Positions 17,824 to 28,055 of a DNA stretch of 64,000 nucleotides are shown one piece after another. This stretch comes from Candidatus Latescibacterota bacterium (GTDB lineage: Bacteria > Latescibacterota > UBA2968 > UBA8231). The notes below the pieces were generated by a model. It was not told the DNA's origin. It worked only from the letters and a program-made list of their open reading frames with translations, and did not search any database. Each line of letters opens with the position of its first letter. The first letter of the stretch is position 1. The DNA lies in assembly GCA_965203175.1 (NCBI GenBank), contig OZ241867.1:1504001-1568000 (forward strand), given 5' to 3'. A program made the position numbers and the translations under genes.

Positions 17824-19155
17824 TTAAATACCGATGCGCTCTAGGGCCACGGCCGCATTGGCGCGGGCGTAGCGATCCTCGTCGTCGATGTTTTTGCGCA
17901 GGGCGGGCACAGCTTCGGCGGCGGCTGGGCCGATCTTGGCCAGTGAGAGTGCGGCGTTGTGGCGGACCCAGCTCTCGGAATCTCGCAGGCGATGGCTCAG
18001 GGCGGGCACGGCATCGGCGGCGGTCGGACCGATATTGCCCAATGCCTCAACCGCGTTGCGCCGCACCCACTCGGCCTCGTCGTCGAGGACGCGGATGAGA
18101 TGGGGCACGGTGTCAGACGCTGTGGTTCCCAAGTCGCCGAGTACATCGGCGGCCGCGGCGCGCAGCCACCAGTCGTTTTCGCCGAGCAGTTCTACCATGT
18201 GGGGCACAGCGGGACGGCCAACAGCGGAAAGGGCAAAGACCGCGTCGAGTTGGTTGGGGTTAGTGTGTTCGTTCGCTAGGTTGGCTTCAAGACGCGCTTT
18301 GGCCTCGCAACTCAGCGCATTCAAGAGGACGGGCATTGCTTCCTCGCCGCGCGCAGCCAACGCATATACGGCGCGCAGCCGCTTGGCTTCGACTTCGGCG
18401 TCTAGAGCCTGACGCAATTCGTCGAGCGAAACCGCCGTAGAGGCTGCGGTGCCATTGGTGCCGCGCATCCAATCCCAAGCGCGACGACACAGATCGGCGG
18501 GTGGGTCGGTGCCTTCGGCTTGCCAAGTGCCGTCGCGATGGTCCCACGAGGGCGTCTGCGGCTCGCCCATGCGGGTGAAGAGGAACTTGACCATGAAGCG
18601 GTCGCGGTCGCTGGCGTTGGGCATGGCGCGGTGCCAGAGGTCGTAGTGAACGATGGTCACCGTTCCGGCCCGGCCGCAGAGAGGCTGTTCTTCCCGCTCG
18701 TAGGCTTGTTCAGACGAATTATAGTACTGAGTGGCCGGCAAAATCGCGGTCGGACCCATGTCCAAGCTAACGTCCTGCGGATAGTAGAAGGCCATGGTCC
18801 AGCGAGTGCGGTGGTGACGGACGTTCTGGTCGTTTTCATAGCTGTCTTGGTGCATGCCTTGGCCTTGGGACCCACTGGGATTGTGGTGGCAGTGGCGGTG
18901 CGGGTGGATGAGGTAGGAAGGGCCGAGGAGGCTCTGAAGTGCACCGTCAACAGCGGGGTCGCGGAGGATTTGATATAGGTCCGGGACTTTGGGGAGGATG
19001 TCGTTACCGGGATTGCCTTCGGTAGCAAATAGGGTTTCGATTTGGCGGTGGATATTTTGGTGGACCGCGGGCGGGTGAGCGGTTTGCACAGTGGTATAGC
19101 CATTGGTCAAGTAGGCTTGGACTTGGGCGTCGGTCAGGAGGATGGGTGCGGGCAT
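17824..19155 (-). CDS. PhyH-family dioxygenase fused to C-terminal HEAT/PBS-lyase repeats
   Basis: MHQD, YYPQDV..DMGPT, HYDLWHR; then repeats VP.L...L.D...WVR.NA..ALG.IG. Confidence 0.88.
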   Translation of the reverse strand: MPAPILLTDAQVQAYLTNGYTTVQTAHPPAVHQNIHRQIETLFATEGNPGNDILPKVPDLYQILRDPAVDGALQSLLGPSYLIHPHRHCHHNPSGSQGQGMHQDSYENDQNVRHHRTRWTMAFYYPQDVSLDMGPTAILPATQYYNSSEQAYEREEQPLCGRAGTVTIVHYDLWHRAMPNASDRDRFMVKFLFTRMGEPQTPSWDHRDGTWQAEGTDPPADLCRRAWDWMRGTNGTAASTAVSLDELRQALDAEVEAKRLRAVYALAARGEEAMPVLLNALSCEAKARLEANLANEHTNPNQLDAVFALSAVGRPAVPHMVELLGENDWWLRAAAADVLGDLGTTASDTVPHLIRVLDDEAEWVRRNAVEALGNIGPTAADAVPALSHRLRDSESWVRHNAALSLAKIGPAAAEAVPALRKNIDDEDRYARANAAVALERIGI

Positions 19156-19336
19156 GAGGCAGGCCTTTTTGGTGTATAGAAGGATCAACGCATTGGTAAA
19201 GAATAACGATAATTGGCCATGCAGATTGCAAGCGCCGCTGTCTCAAGTCAGTTAATACCACCACTTGACGCGGCGTTTTTAATTCTGCATAGAGAGCGGC
19301 ACAAAAACTAGCTGCTTCCCGGACAAAGGAGGGATT

Positions 19337-21097
19337 GTGTCGGGTCTGGATTACGCGCTGATGGCGCTCTACATGCTCTTTTTGGTGGGGATGGGACTGT
19401 ACTACAGGAGATTCGCCCAACAGAGCATGGAAAATTACTTCTTGGGTGGGCGCAAGATGAAGGGGTGGATGAGCGGCACCAGCTATGCGGTCACCTGCAT
19501 GAACGCCGACGTAGCGCCAGCGTACTGCGGCATGACGGTCATCACCGGGACCTTTATCTGCTGGTGGTATTTGAGCCGCTTCGGGTTGGCGCTGATGATC
19601 GGTGGGCTGCTCTTTGCCGCGTGCTGGCGGCGGTTGAAAATTTTTACCTCGCCGGAATTTTACGAACTCCGCTTTGGCGGTGCGGCCGCGCCGACGATGC
19701 GCGCTTGGGTCTCTATGCGCAGCGCGTTTATCGCAGTGGTAGCTTGGACCGGGGCAGGGCTTTTGGGGCTGACAAAAGTGTCCGAGGCGCTCTTGGGCTG
19801 GTCGCGCTTTGAGACCTTTTTGCTGGTCATTCCGATCATCTTGGTCTATGTAGTGCTCTCCGGCTACATGGGCGTGGTGATATCGGATTTGATCCAAACC
19901 GTGATCATGATCGCATCCTCGCTGATATTGATGGGCTTGGTCTGGGCCGACTTCGGCGGGCCGACAGGGCTCTATCAGGCACTGGTCACGCAGTTTGGGG
20001 AAGGGGTCGTTAGCTGGCATCCGCCGATGAGTCACGAACTTTTGGGGGTGGTGGGGATTATCGCTTGGACGATGGGGACCGCGATCGGCTATGGCGGCGA
20101 TGTGGCCCCGATGGCCGGAGCGATGGAGGGCCAACGGCTGCTCTCGTGCCGCAACAGCCGCGAGGCAACGCGGATGTACGTCTGGACCGAGATCGTGCTT
20201 TTCCTAATGCTAGCGGTGTTGACTCTGCCGGCTCTGGGGGCGATGGTCAAATGGCCGGGCCTGCACGACGGCAGCATGGACAAGGAACTGGCCTACGGTC
20301 TCTTATTGGGCCACTATCTGCCCTCAGGCCTTTTGGGGCTGGCGCTGGTGGCGATGTTCGCGTCAATCATGTCCACGGTGGACTCCAACATGAACTTCGG
20401 GGCCCAAGTCTTTATCAACGACGTGTATCGCCGCTTTATCAAGCGCGGCGCTGAGATGGGTCACTACATGGGCGTCGGTCGGGTGGTGATGCTGGCGATC
20501 ATGGGCCTTTCGCTGGCGGTCGCGCTACAGGCCGAGAACGTCATCGATATCGCGGTCTTCATGCTCGGGCTTTCTTCAGCCGAACTGACGGCCAATTGGG
20601 GCCAGTGGTGGTGGTGGCGCTTTAACGGCAAGGCGCGATTGGCCGCCTCGTTCGGCGGGCCGGTAGTCTTTCTCCTGAACAAGTACCTGGTTTTCGCCTA
20701 TTGGATAGACGCGGGGCAGGATGCGGCGTATGTGATAGTTCTCTCGTCGATTGCTGCGACGTGCCTGCTCTGGATCGCGGTGGCGCTCTGCACCGAGCCA
20801 GAGCCAGAGGAAAAGCTCTTGGCTTTCTACAAAGAGGCGCGGCCGATGGGGTGGTGGGGGCCGATCGCGCAAAAGGTGGGGGTTGAGACCGGTGGCGGCA
20901 CGCCAATTATGCACGGCCTAGGTCTCGCCCTGCTTGGTGCGGTGGCCGTGGGAGGGGGCATTATCGGTTTTTCGGGATTTTACGTGGGGCGTTGGACCGT
21001 AGCGTTGGTCGGCGGGTTGGTGGCGCTGGTGCTGGGGGTAGCGTTGCGAGGGGCGTACACTCGATATATGCGTCGGGTGGGCGCGGACGAAGGGTAA
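19337..21097 (+). CDS. Sodium:solute symporter family protein
   Basis: Many TM helices; YFLGGR, EFYELRFG, QR.LSC, P.GL.GL......A..MST.DS, NDVYRR. Confidence 0.9.
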   Translation: MSGLDYALMALYMLFLVGMGLYYRRFAQQSMENYFLGGRKMKGWMSGTSYAVTCMNADVAPAYCGMTVITGTFICWWYLSRFGLALMIGGLLFAACWRRLKIFTSPEFYELRFGGAAAPTMRAWVSMRSAFIAVVAWTGAGLLGLTKVSEALLGWSRFETFLLVIPIILVYVVLSGYMGVVISDLIQTVIMIASSLILMGLVWADFGGPTGLYQALVTQFGEGVVSWHPPMSHELLGVVGIIAWTMGTAIGYGGDVAPMAGAMEGQRLLSCRNSREATRMYVWTEIVLFLMLAVLTLPALGAMVKWPGLHDGSMDKELAYGLLLGHYLPSGLLGLALVAMFASIMSTVDSNMNFGAQVFINDVYRRFIKRGAEMGHYMGVGRVVMLAIMGLSLAVALQAENVIDIAVFMLGLSSAELTANWGQWWWWRFNGKARLAASFGGPVVFLLNKYLVFAYWIDAGQDAAYVIVLSSIAATCLLWIAVALCTEPEPEEKLLAFYKEARPMGWWGPIAQKVGVETGGGTPIMHGLGLALLGAVAVGGGIIGFSGFYVGRWTVALVGGLVALVLGVALRGAYTRYMRRVGADEG

Positions 21098-21145
21098 CGA
21101 GATGGGCAGATGCAAGCCAGCGTGGCATTGACGCGGTAGCTGGAC

Positions 21146-21907
21146 TCACTCGACGATTCGCTTCAGCACCTCTTGCTCAAGTGCTGACAGCGTCTCGTAG
21201 AAGCTGCGCCGCACAGGATTGTGATGCCTGAGACCAATCAGCCTATACCAAGCTCTTTCAAAAGAAAACACTGCGACGGGACGGGGAGTATCGGTCGTAT
21301 TGGGCGTGCCACGATGTAGGCACCGAGGATCGCGGATCAATACGTCACCGACCTTCAACAGCAACTTGCGTAGCGGCACATCGCCCTTCTCGATTCTCTC
21401 TAGGGCTTCTGGACGCGGCAGCAGATGCGTGCCGTCGGCCACCTCAAAAGGACCGTTGTCCTCGCGCACATCAACCATGGCAAAGTTCACCGTGATGATG
21501 GCCGGTGGCGGCACGTGCCCAGGCTCCTCAGGAAACAGCGGCGGCACATCGCCGTGCCATTCCTGGTACACGCTGCCTTTGGCCGGCGTGTCCGTTGCGT
21601 ACTGGACCATCTCGGCATCATCTCCTAGTAGTCGCCTAACAATGGCGATGATACCGGGATCGCCGTGAATGCCGGACTGATAAAAAGGAGATTCAAAAGG
21701 CAACTGTATATAGTGCCGCATTGGACCCCGGTTGGGCGAGGTGCGGATTTCGTCGAGGTGGTCCTCGTACACGGACGTGAAGGCCGCAGCAACTGCTGCT
21801 ACCGCGTCCACGGGTAGGTGCTGTTCGAGAACAGTGTAGCCGATTTGGCGTACCCAAGCCGCGTGCTCTGCGATCCGCTCTTCGGTCATTCCCACGATCC
21901 TAGCCAT
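21146..21907 (-). CDS. PhyH-family dioxygenase
   Basis: GYTVLE, YQEWHGD, NGPFEVADGTH, GDVLIRDPRCLHRGTPN...PRP. Confidence 0.85.
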   Translation of the reverse strand: MARIVGMTEERIAEHAAWVRQIGYTVLEQHLPVDAVAAVAAAFTSVYEDHLDEIRTSPNRGPMRHYIQLPFESPFYQSGIHGDPGIIAIVRRLLGDDAEMVQYATDTPAKGSVYQEWHGDVPPLFPEEPGHVPPPAIITVNFAMVDVREDNGPFEVADGTHLLPRPEALERIEKGDVPLRKLLLKVGDVLIRDPRCLHRGTPNTTDTPRPVAVFSFERAWYRLIGLRHHNPVRRSFYETLSALEQEVLKRIVE

Positions 21908-21923
21908 GCCAATCTCCGCATTG

Positions 21924-22712
21924 CTACGGCGCTTCCGGCGCTGGGCGCGCCGCTGGCGTCGCTGAGAATGCGTCCTCCCCCTCGCCCGCAATGATGGCAG
22001 AAAACTGCACGTATCCCCACATGTGGGGCTCGTGCATATTGATCACCCCCATCGGCGACCACACCCAGTTGTCGCAGGGAACGCCTTCCCTTTTCAAATA
22101 ACCGCCCTTGTAACGCTCGAACTCCCATTCGACACGAGAGAAGTTGACCCGCCAGCGGTCGCCGGGATTGGGAGGACAGGCAGTGCCAGCGTATCGCTCC
22201 ATGCTGCTCCAAGGGATGGCCACCTCCACCGACCAGCCCCGATCCACATCGTCCGAGCAATTGAGGGTGCCGTCGATCTGCACGGCGTGCTTGATGCCCT
22301 CAAAGTCGAAGCCCCAGTCGGCCTCGCCGCCGCGATTGTATTGCTTGGGCAGATATAGATCCCAAGCCACGTTGAGCGGGTTGATCTCAAATTCCATATA
22401 GTGTTCGCCATCGTCGTCCGGGTCGATGAAGATCTCGAAATCATTGTCTTCGCAAATGACCGAGTCTCGCTTGGTCAGCGTGCCCCACACGTGCGGCTCT
22501 TCCATATCGGCACCAAAGTAGAAATAGTCGTCGTCCCACAGCATAGCGACCCGAGTGGCAAAGCGAGGCAGGGGCTTTTTGTCTCCTTCGATGTCGACGA
22601 ACAAGGGAGTGCGAGGGGCGCGCTTCCAGGAGGCTTCAGTGAGGTGGCCATCGATGGTGAGCGTTTCTTTGACTCGGTAGCACATGTATTGTTCGGGGAT
22701 GATCTGGCTCAT
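21924..22712 (-). CDS. Carbohydrate-binding family 9-like (CBM9/DOMON) protein
   Basis: IDGHL.E..W, MLWDDDYFY, DNDFEIFIDP, YMEFEINPLN, WSVEVAIPW, GDRWRVNFSR, NWVWSP.G..NMHEP. Confidence 0.88.
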   Translation of the reverse strand: MSQIIPEQYMCYRVKETLTIDGHLTEASWKRAPRTPLFVDIEGDKKPLPRFATRVAMLWDDDYFYFGADMEEPHVWGTLTKRDSVICEDNDFEIFIDPDDDGEHYMEFEINPLNVAWDLYLPKQYNRGGEADWGFDFEGIKHAVQIDGTLNCSDDVDRGWSVEVAIPWSSMERYAGTACPPNPGDRWRVNFSRVEWEFERYKGGYLKREGVPCDNWVWSPMGVINMHEPHMWGYVQFSAIIAGEGEDAFSATPAARPAPEAP

Positions 22713-23443
22713 TGATCGTTTCCTTGGTTTTTGAGGATAGGCCGGGTGAGGTCTGAGAGACGCAATCGCTGCTTGCCGTGGTCGTCAAAATTGTCTGGGG
22801 CTAACCAAGTTAGGAAAGCTTTTTCCAGCTCCGGCCACTCTGAATCAATGGCTGCGTACCACGCAGTGTCCCGATTGCGGCCATTATAGACCGTTGCTTG
22901 GCGAAAAATCCCCTCAAACGAAAATCCCAGCCGTTGGGCGGCTGCCCGCGATGCTTGGTTCAGGCTGTCGCACTTCCAACAATAGCGTCGATAGCCCAAT
23001 TCGAATGCCTGCTTCATCATGAGGTACATGGCTTCGGTGGCCAATGGCGTTCGCTGTAGCTGCGGGGAATAGTGGATGTGCCCCACCTCAATAGCGCCGC
23101 TTGCAGGTGCGATGTTGAGATAGCTCGCAACGCCGCATGCTGCCTCAATACGCTTGTCCACAATGGCAAAGAACAGCGGATCGTCACCTAGGCACTTCTC
23201 GTTCATCCAGTCTCGGCAACTGTCTTGGTCGGAGAATGGGCCGTATGCCAAGTAGGTCCAATTCTTGCCTTCTGTATCAGAGGCATTGGCCTGATACAAG
23301 TCGTCAAGATGGCTATCGACTTGCAGTGGCTCCAACCGACAAAGGCGACCTTCTATGCACTCTCGCGGCGGATTGGGTGGTGGCGTCCAATCCGGCAGTG
23401 CGAAGCTGATCGGCTGTCCAAGGCTGTTGGTACGATTGCTCAT
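22709..23443 (-). CDS. GNAT family N-acetyltransferase (RimJ/RimL type)
   Basis: WTYLAYGPF, GAIEVGHI, LQRT..ATEA, LGYRR..WKC...N..S..AA.RLGF.FEGIFRQ, GRNRDTAWY. Confidence 0.9.
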   Translation of the reverse strand: MSNRTNSLGQPISFALPDWTPPPNPPRECIEGRLCRLEPLQVDSHLDDLYQANASDTEGKNWTYLAYGPFSDQDSCRDWMNEKCLGDDPLFFAIVDKRIEAACGVASYLNIAPASGAIEVGHIHYSPQLQRTPLATEAMYLMMKQAFELGYRRYCWKCDSLNQASRAAAQRLGFSFEGIFRQATVYNGRNRDTAWYAAIDSEWPELEKAFLTWLAPDNFDDHGKQRLRLSDLTRPILKNQGNDQ

Positions 23444-23523
23444 ATCATACGCAGCGCACTCTCTCTGGCCGCTATCTTCCCATATTGCACAACGCGTCTT
23501 CGCGTCCCCGAACCGTGCAGCGA

Positions 23524-24495
23524 TTAGGCACAGACGGCCGCGTCCGCATTCCAGCGGTTGAAAGGGGTATGCGCCTCTTGCGCCAGCCGGTCACGCGTGT
23601 CGCGCCATAGCCTTTCCCACGCCACTGGATCGCGCAAGACGCTTTCTGGATTAGCTCTGCTGCGAGCGACAAAGCCGGGGAAGAGATCGCGGCCCGTGGG
23701 CTGGCCGATTGGATTGTAGCGCAAGTCAAAGCTCCAGCGCACGTCGTCGCTGTTGTTGGCCAGCGAGCCGTGGATGGTGTGTTGAGTGAGGAAAAGCACA
23801 TCGCCGGGCTGCATGGGCACTGGCATCGCCGCGTCCATGTCCATAAACAACTCGGGTATCCACAGCCCCCCCGGTCCTCCCGGGCAGTGAGTTTGCAGCC
23901 CTCGCCGATGGCTGCGGGGCATAATCCGCAAACAGCCGTTTTCGAGCGTCGCCTCATTGAGCGGGAACCACACCGTCAAGACCTCCGAGTCGTCGGCTTC
24001 GGGCAGGACCACGCCGTTGTCTTGGTGCCAGTTGGTGGCGCTGACTAGGGCTTGGCCGTTGTGGTTTTTGGGCACTAGGCGCTCAGGCGGTTTGAGGCGC
24101 ACGTGCTGGACGGGGTTGGACCAAATCTCCGGGCCGACGATGGACTCGACCGCGTCGAGGAGGTCGGGGTTGGTAATGCAGCGAAAGACGGCTGGCCCGG
24201 CCCAAAAGGGAGTGTCGGCATCGATACCCGTCTGGGGCAGGGAGAAGTCGAAGTACTGGGCGTGGATCTGGCCGCTCTCGACGACGATTTGCGTCAGGCG
24301 CTTGCCAAAGGGCAGGTCGTCGTACGTGGATGCGATCTGGCCAGCTTGGTAGAGCTCGCGAGCGAGCTTGTCGAGGACGCCGTGGTATTCGTCGATAATG
24401 GGCTGGATGACCTCGTCCACATCGAGCATCCCTCTCACTAGTAGGTAGCCTTCTTCGTCAAAGTGTGCGAGTTGTTCGTCCGTCAAGCATAGCAT
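23524..24495 (-). CDS. PhyH-family dioxygenase
   Basis: LTDEQLAHFDEEGY, NPVQHVRLKPP, NWHQD, ENGCL, TIHGS..N.S..VRWSFDLRY. Confidence 0.9.
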   Translation of the reverse strand: MLCLTDEQLAHFDEEGYLLVRGMLDVDEVIQPIIDEYHGVLDKLARELYQAGQIASTYDDLPFGKRLTQIVVESGQIHAQYFDFSLPQTGIDADTPFWAGPAVFRCITNPDLLDAVESIVGPEIWSNPVQHVRLKPPERLVPKNHNGQALVSATNWHQDNGVVLPEADDSEVLTVWFPLNEATLENGCLRIMPRSHRRGLQTHCPGGPGGLWIPELFMDMDAAMPVPMQPGDVLFLTQHTIHGSLANNSDDVRWSFDLRYNPIGQPTGRDLFPGFVARSRANPESVLRDPVAWERLWRDTRDRLAQEAHTPFNRWNADAAVCA

Positions 24496-24587
24496 ATGCT
24501 TTCCTCCGTGGGTTGAAGGATTCAATCTGCGCTTGAATATAGCGCGATATGGTCCGTTTGCGAATAGTTGAAAGGAGAAGCGCCGCA

Positions 24588-25517
24588 ATGGCTATGGATT
24601 TTCCCAAACTCGATGAAGCCCTGCGCTTGGAACGCTTGACGCCGCCGATAGACAAAGTGCGGATAGTGCTCGACACTGATACGTACAACGAAATCGACGA
24701 CCAGTTCGCAGTGGTCCAAGCGCTACTCTCGCCCGATCAGCTCGCGGTCGAGGCGATCTACGCGGCGCCTTTCTACAACATCCGTTCGTCTGGACCGGGC
24801 GACGGAATGGAGAAAAGCTACGCGGAAATCCTGCGGCTATTGGAGCGGTTGGACATTGCGCCGGAGGGCTTGGTGTTCCGGGGAGCGACGGATATACTGC
24901 GGGACGACGCGCCGCAGGAAAGCGCGGCGGTCGATGACCTAATCGCCAAGGCCAAAACCACCGACCCGCTCTACGTGATAGCTATCGGCGCGCTGACCAA
25001 CGTGGCCTCGGCTATCCTGCAAGATCCTGCCATAATCGAGCGAATCGTCGTGGTCTGGCTCGGCGGCCACGCGCTCTACTGGCCGACCGCGGACGAATTC
25101 AACCTCCAAGGCGATCTCGTAGCAGCGCAGGTAGTCTTCGACTGTGGCGTCCCCTTCGTCCAGATTCCATGCCACCCCGTGGCCTCGCACTTGCAGACGA
25201 CGCTGGCGGAGCTGGAGCGCTTCGTCAAGGGGCGGGGGACAATTGGCGACTATCTGGTCGAGATATTCGCCGCCTATGCCCAAGGCCACTTCGCCGCTTC
25301 CAAGGTAATTTGGGACATGTCGGCAGTTGCTTGGCTACTCGACGCATCGTGGGTACCGACCGACGTGGTACATAGCCCGGTGCTGACCGAGCAGAAGACT
25401 TGGAGCCACGACCCGTCGCGGCACTTTATGCGGGTGGCGCGAACGGTGCGGCGCGATGCGATTTTCGGGGACTTATTCGAGAAATTGCAGAAATGGGCGG
25501 AAAAGCTCGACGCATAG
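24588..25517 (+). CDS. Nucleoside hydrolase (IU-NH family)
   Basis: LDTDTYNEIDDQFA, IGALTNVASA, WLGG, EFN...D, IWD. Confidence 0.9.
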   Translation: MAMDFPKLDEALRLERLTPPIDKVRIVLDTDTYNEIDDQFAVVQALLSPDQLAVEAIYAAPFYNIRSSGPGDGMEKSYAEILRLLERLDIAPEGLVFRGATDILRDDAPQESAAVDDLIAKAKTTDPLYVIAIGALTNVASAILQDPAIIERIVVVWLGGHALYWPTADEFNLQGDLVAAQVVFDCGVPFVQIPCHPVASHLQTTLAELERFVKGRGTIGDYLVEIFAAYAQGHFAASKVIWDMSAVAWLLDASWVPTDVVHSPVLTEQKTWSHDPSRHFMRVARTVRRDAIFGDLFEKLQKWAEKLDA

Positions 25518-25570
25518 CAGGCCGATTGTCAATCATTGCGCCGGAGCCAGTCGATTTGTAGCATAAATCC

Positions 25571-28054
25571 ATGGCCACCGTCGTCCTCACCGAAAAGCCC
25601 AGCGTGGCGCGCGACATTGCCCGAGTCCTAAGAGCCAACAAACGCGGCCAAGGCTACGTCGAAGGCAACGGCTATATCGTCACTTGGGCATTAGGGCATC
25701 TCGTGCAATTCGCCGAGCCGGACGATTACGGCCCGCCTTGGAAGGGCCGCTGGTCCTTTGCCCAGCTACCGATGATCCCCGAGCAGTGGAAACTCAAGAC
25801 GACGCGCTCGACCTCCGACCAGTACCAAATCGTCAAAAAACTGATCAACAGTCCCCAGACGGAGCGCGTCATCTGCGCCACGGACGCCGGACGCGAGGGC
25901 GAACACATCTTTCGCCTGATATACGAGCACGCCCGCTGCAAAAAGCCGTTTAGCAGGCTGTGGGTTTCGAGCCTGACCGACGAGGCGATCCAGAGCGGCT
26001 TCCGAGCCCTGCAGGAAGGAGCGGCCTTCGATCATCTCGCTGCGGCTGCGCGGGCGCGCGGCCAAGCCGATTGGCTGATGGGCATGAACCTGACCCGCGC
26101 CTATACCGTCCACAACAAAGCGCTCTGCACCATTGGCCGCGTGCAGACGCCGACCCTGTCCATGGTAGTCAAGCGCGACGCGGCGATTGCCAGCTTTGTA
26201 AAGGCGTACTTTTACGAGTTAGTAGCGCAGTTAGAAGAGGGCTTTGCCGCCAAGTACTGCAAGGACGGCCAGACGCGCATCGACAAGAAGGAGGAAGCCG
26301 AGCGCCTGCATCGCCAACTCAGCCCCAACAAGGTCGGCACCGTCCGCAAAATCGAGAAGAAAGTCAAAAGAAACCGGCCTCCCCCCCTCTACGACCTCAA
26401 CAATCTCCAGCGCGACGCCAACCGCTGCTTTGGCTTTACCGCGGCGCAAACCCTCGAACGCGCCCAAGCCCTGTACGAAACCCACAAGCTCATCACGTAC
26501 CCGCGCACCGAGAGCCGCCACATCTCCGAAGACATGGTGCCCAAGTTGCCCGGTATCCTCGAAAAGCTAGCGCACCCGCAGGCATCAGTCGCGCTGGAGC
26601 GCCTGCGCGGCGGACATCGGCTCAGCAGAGCGTATGTCGATCGCACCAAACTAACCGATCACCACGCCATTATTCCCACCGGACAACAGCCCGCCCCCAA
26701 TCTCGCACCAGACTTACAGAAGGTGTACGACTTGGTGGTGGCGCGCTTTGTCGGCATCTTTCTGCCCGACCAACAGGTCGAGGAGACGACCGTCTTGCTC
26801 GACATCGGCGGTGCCGACTTTGTTGCCAAAGGGTCTGTCGTCTTAGAGGCGGGCTGGACGGTCGTCGCCATACGGCCTCCAAACACTGCAAAGAGTAAAG
26901 AGAAGGAAGACGACGACCAGCGGGCGCTCCCGCCGCTGCAACAAGGTCAGCAAGTTCACGTAACGAGCATGGATGTGGTCGAAAAGGAAACCCAGCCGCC
27001 GCGGCCCTACACAGACGCCACGCTCCTAGCGGCGATGAAGAACGCCGGCCGCGAAATCGAGGACGACGAGTTGGCCGCGGCCATGAAGGAATCGGGGCTG
27101 GGCACGCCGGCCACGCGAGCCGAAACCATCGAAAAGCTGATTCGCACCGGCTATGTAGTCCGCGACCGCAAGGCGATCACCTCGACGGAGAAGGGCAAAG
27201 CACTCGTAGGTTTGGTGGCCGAATCCTTGCGCAGCCCAGAGCTGACGGGCGAGTGGGAGCAACAACTCAAGGAAATCGAGGAAGGGCAGCGGCCAGTAGC
27301 GGGGTTCTACGAAGGAATCGCCGATTTGGTGAGGACGCTAGTGCCCAAGGTCCAGCAAGGACCGGCACTCTCGCCCGAGCAAGCGGCGCAAGCACAAGGC
27401 AAGCAAAGGGGCAAAGGTAAGGGCCGCGGCAAAGTGTTAGGGCCTTGTCCCAAGTGCAAAGAAGGCCAAGTAGTAGAAAACGCCAAAGCGTATGGATGCA
27501 GCCGCTACCGGGAGGGTTGCAACTTCACTATCTGGAAGACGGTGGCGCGCAAGAAGCTGACCGAAAAACAGGCGCGATTGTTGATGGCCAATGGCCGCAC
27601 CGAAAAGATGCAGGGCTTTATCTCCAAGGCCGGTAAGAAGTTTGCAGCGCGGCTCAAATTCGACGATGAGTTCAAGGTTGTCTTCGAGTTTGATGAGCGG
27701 CCGCGGAATGGCTCCTCAAAGTCGGAGGGACGCCCCTCGCTCCACGAGAAGCCGCCAGAGGAGACCACCCAATCCACCTCCGCCCTCACCTGTCCCAAGT
27801 GCCAACAGGGCCAAATCATCGAGGGCCAACGCGGCTTTGGCTGCAATCGCTATCGCGAGGGGTGCGACTTCGTGGTGTGGAAGGAAATGGCGGGCAAGAA
27901 GCTGACCGAAAAGCAAATCCACACCTTGATCGCCAAAGGCAAAACCGGAGTGATCAAGGGCTTCAAAAGCAAAAAAGGCAGCAAATTCGACGCACGGTTG
28001 AAGCTCGGGCCGGAGTGCAAGGCCGCGTTTGATTTTCCCGCCGATGCGCGCTGA
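25571..28054 (+). CDS. topB: DNA topoisomerase III (type IA) with two C-terminal Zn-ribbon/Toprim C-repeat units
   Basis: EKPSVA, TWALGHL, ATDAGREGE, GRVQTPTL, ITYPRTE, DHHAIIPT, GLGTPATRA; CPKC...GC..Y..GC.F..WK twice. Confidence 0.93.
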   Translation: MATVVLTEKPSVARDIARVLRANKRGQGYVEGNGYIVTWALGHLVQFAEPDDYGPPWKGRWSFAQLPMIPEQWKLKTTRSTSDQYQIVKKLINSPQTERVICATDAGREGEHIFRLIYEHARCKKPFSRLWVSSLTDEAIQSGFRALQEGAAFDHLAAAARARGQADWLMGMNLTRAYTVHNKALCTIGRVQTPTLSMVVKRDAAIASFVKAYFYELVAQLEEGFAAKYCKDGQTRIDKKEEAERLHRQLSPNKVGTVRKIEKKVKRNRPPPLYDLNNLQRDANRCFGFTAAQTLERAQALYETHKLITYPRTESRHISEDMVPKLPGILEKLAHPQASVALERLRGGHRLSRAYVDRTKLTDHHAIIPTGQQPAPNLAPDLQKVYDLVVARFVGIFLPDQQVEETTVLLDIGGADFVAKGSVVLEAGWTVVAIRPPNTAKSKEKEDDDQRALPPLQQGQQVHVTSMDVVEKETQPPRPYTDATLLAAMKNAGREIEDDELAAAMKESGLGTPATRAETIEKLIRTGYVVRDRKAITSTEKGKALVGLVAESLRSPELTGEWEQQLKEIEEGQRPVAGFYEGIADLVRTLVPKVQQGPALSPEQAAQAQGKQRGKGKGRGKVLGPCPKCKEGQVVENAKAYGCSRYREGCNFTIWKTVARKKLTEKQARLLMANGRTEKMQGFISKAGKKFAARLKFDDEFKVVFEFDERPRNGSSKSEGRPSLHEKPPEETTQSTSALTCPKCQQGQIIEGQRGFGCNRYREGCDFVVWKEMAGKKLTEKQIHTLIAKGKTGVIKGFKSKKGSKFDARLKLGPECKAAFDFPADAR

Positions 28055-28055
28055 T

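Noticed and set aside
19004-20134. Long antisense or alternate-frame ORFs (also 12232-13116, 25960-26898, 56426-57142)
   Set aside because: They are shadows of well-supported genes in GC-rich DNA, with no motifs of their own.
24500-28000. Apparent switch in GC skew suggesting a replication terminus
   Set aside because: Skew flips within single genes on both sides, and I saw no dif-like site.
27445-28030. Internal duplication in the topB C-terminus
   Set aside because: Repeated Zn-ribbon/C-terminal units are a known feature of TopB-family proteins.
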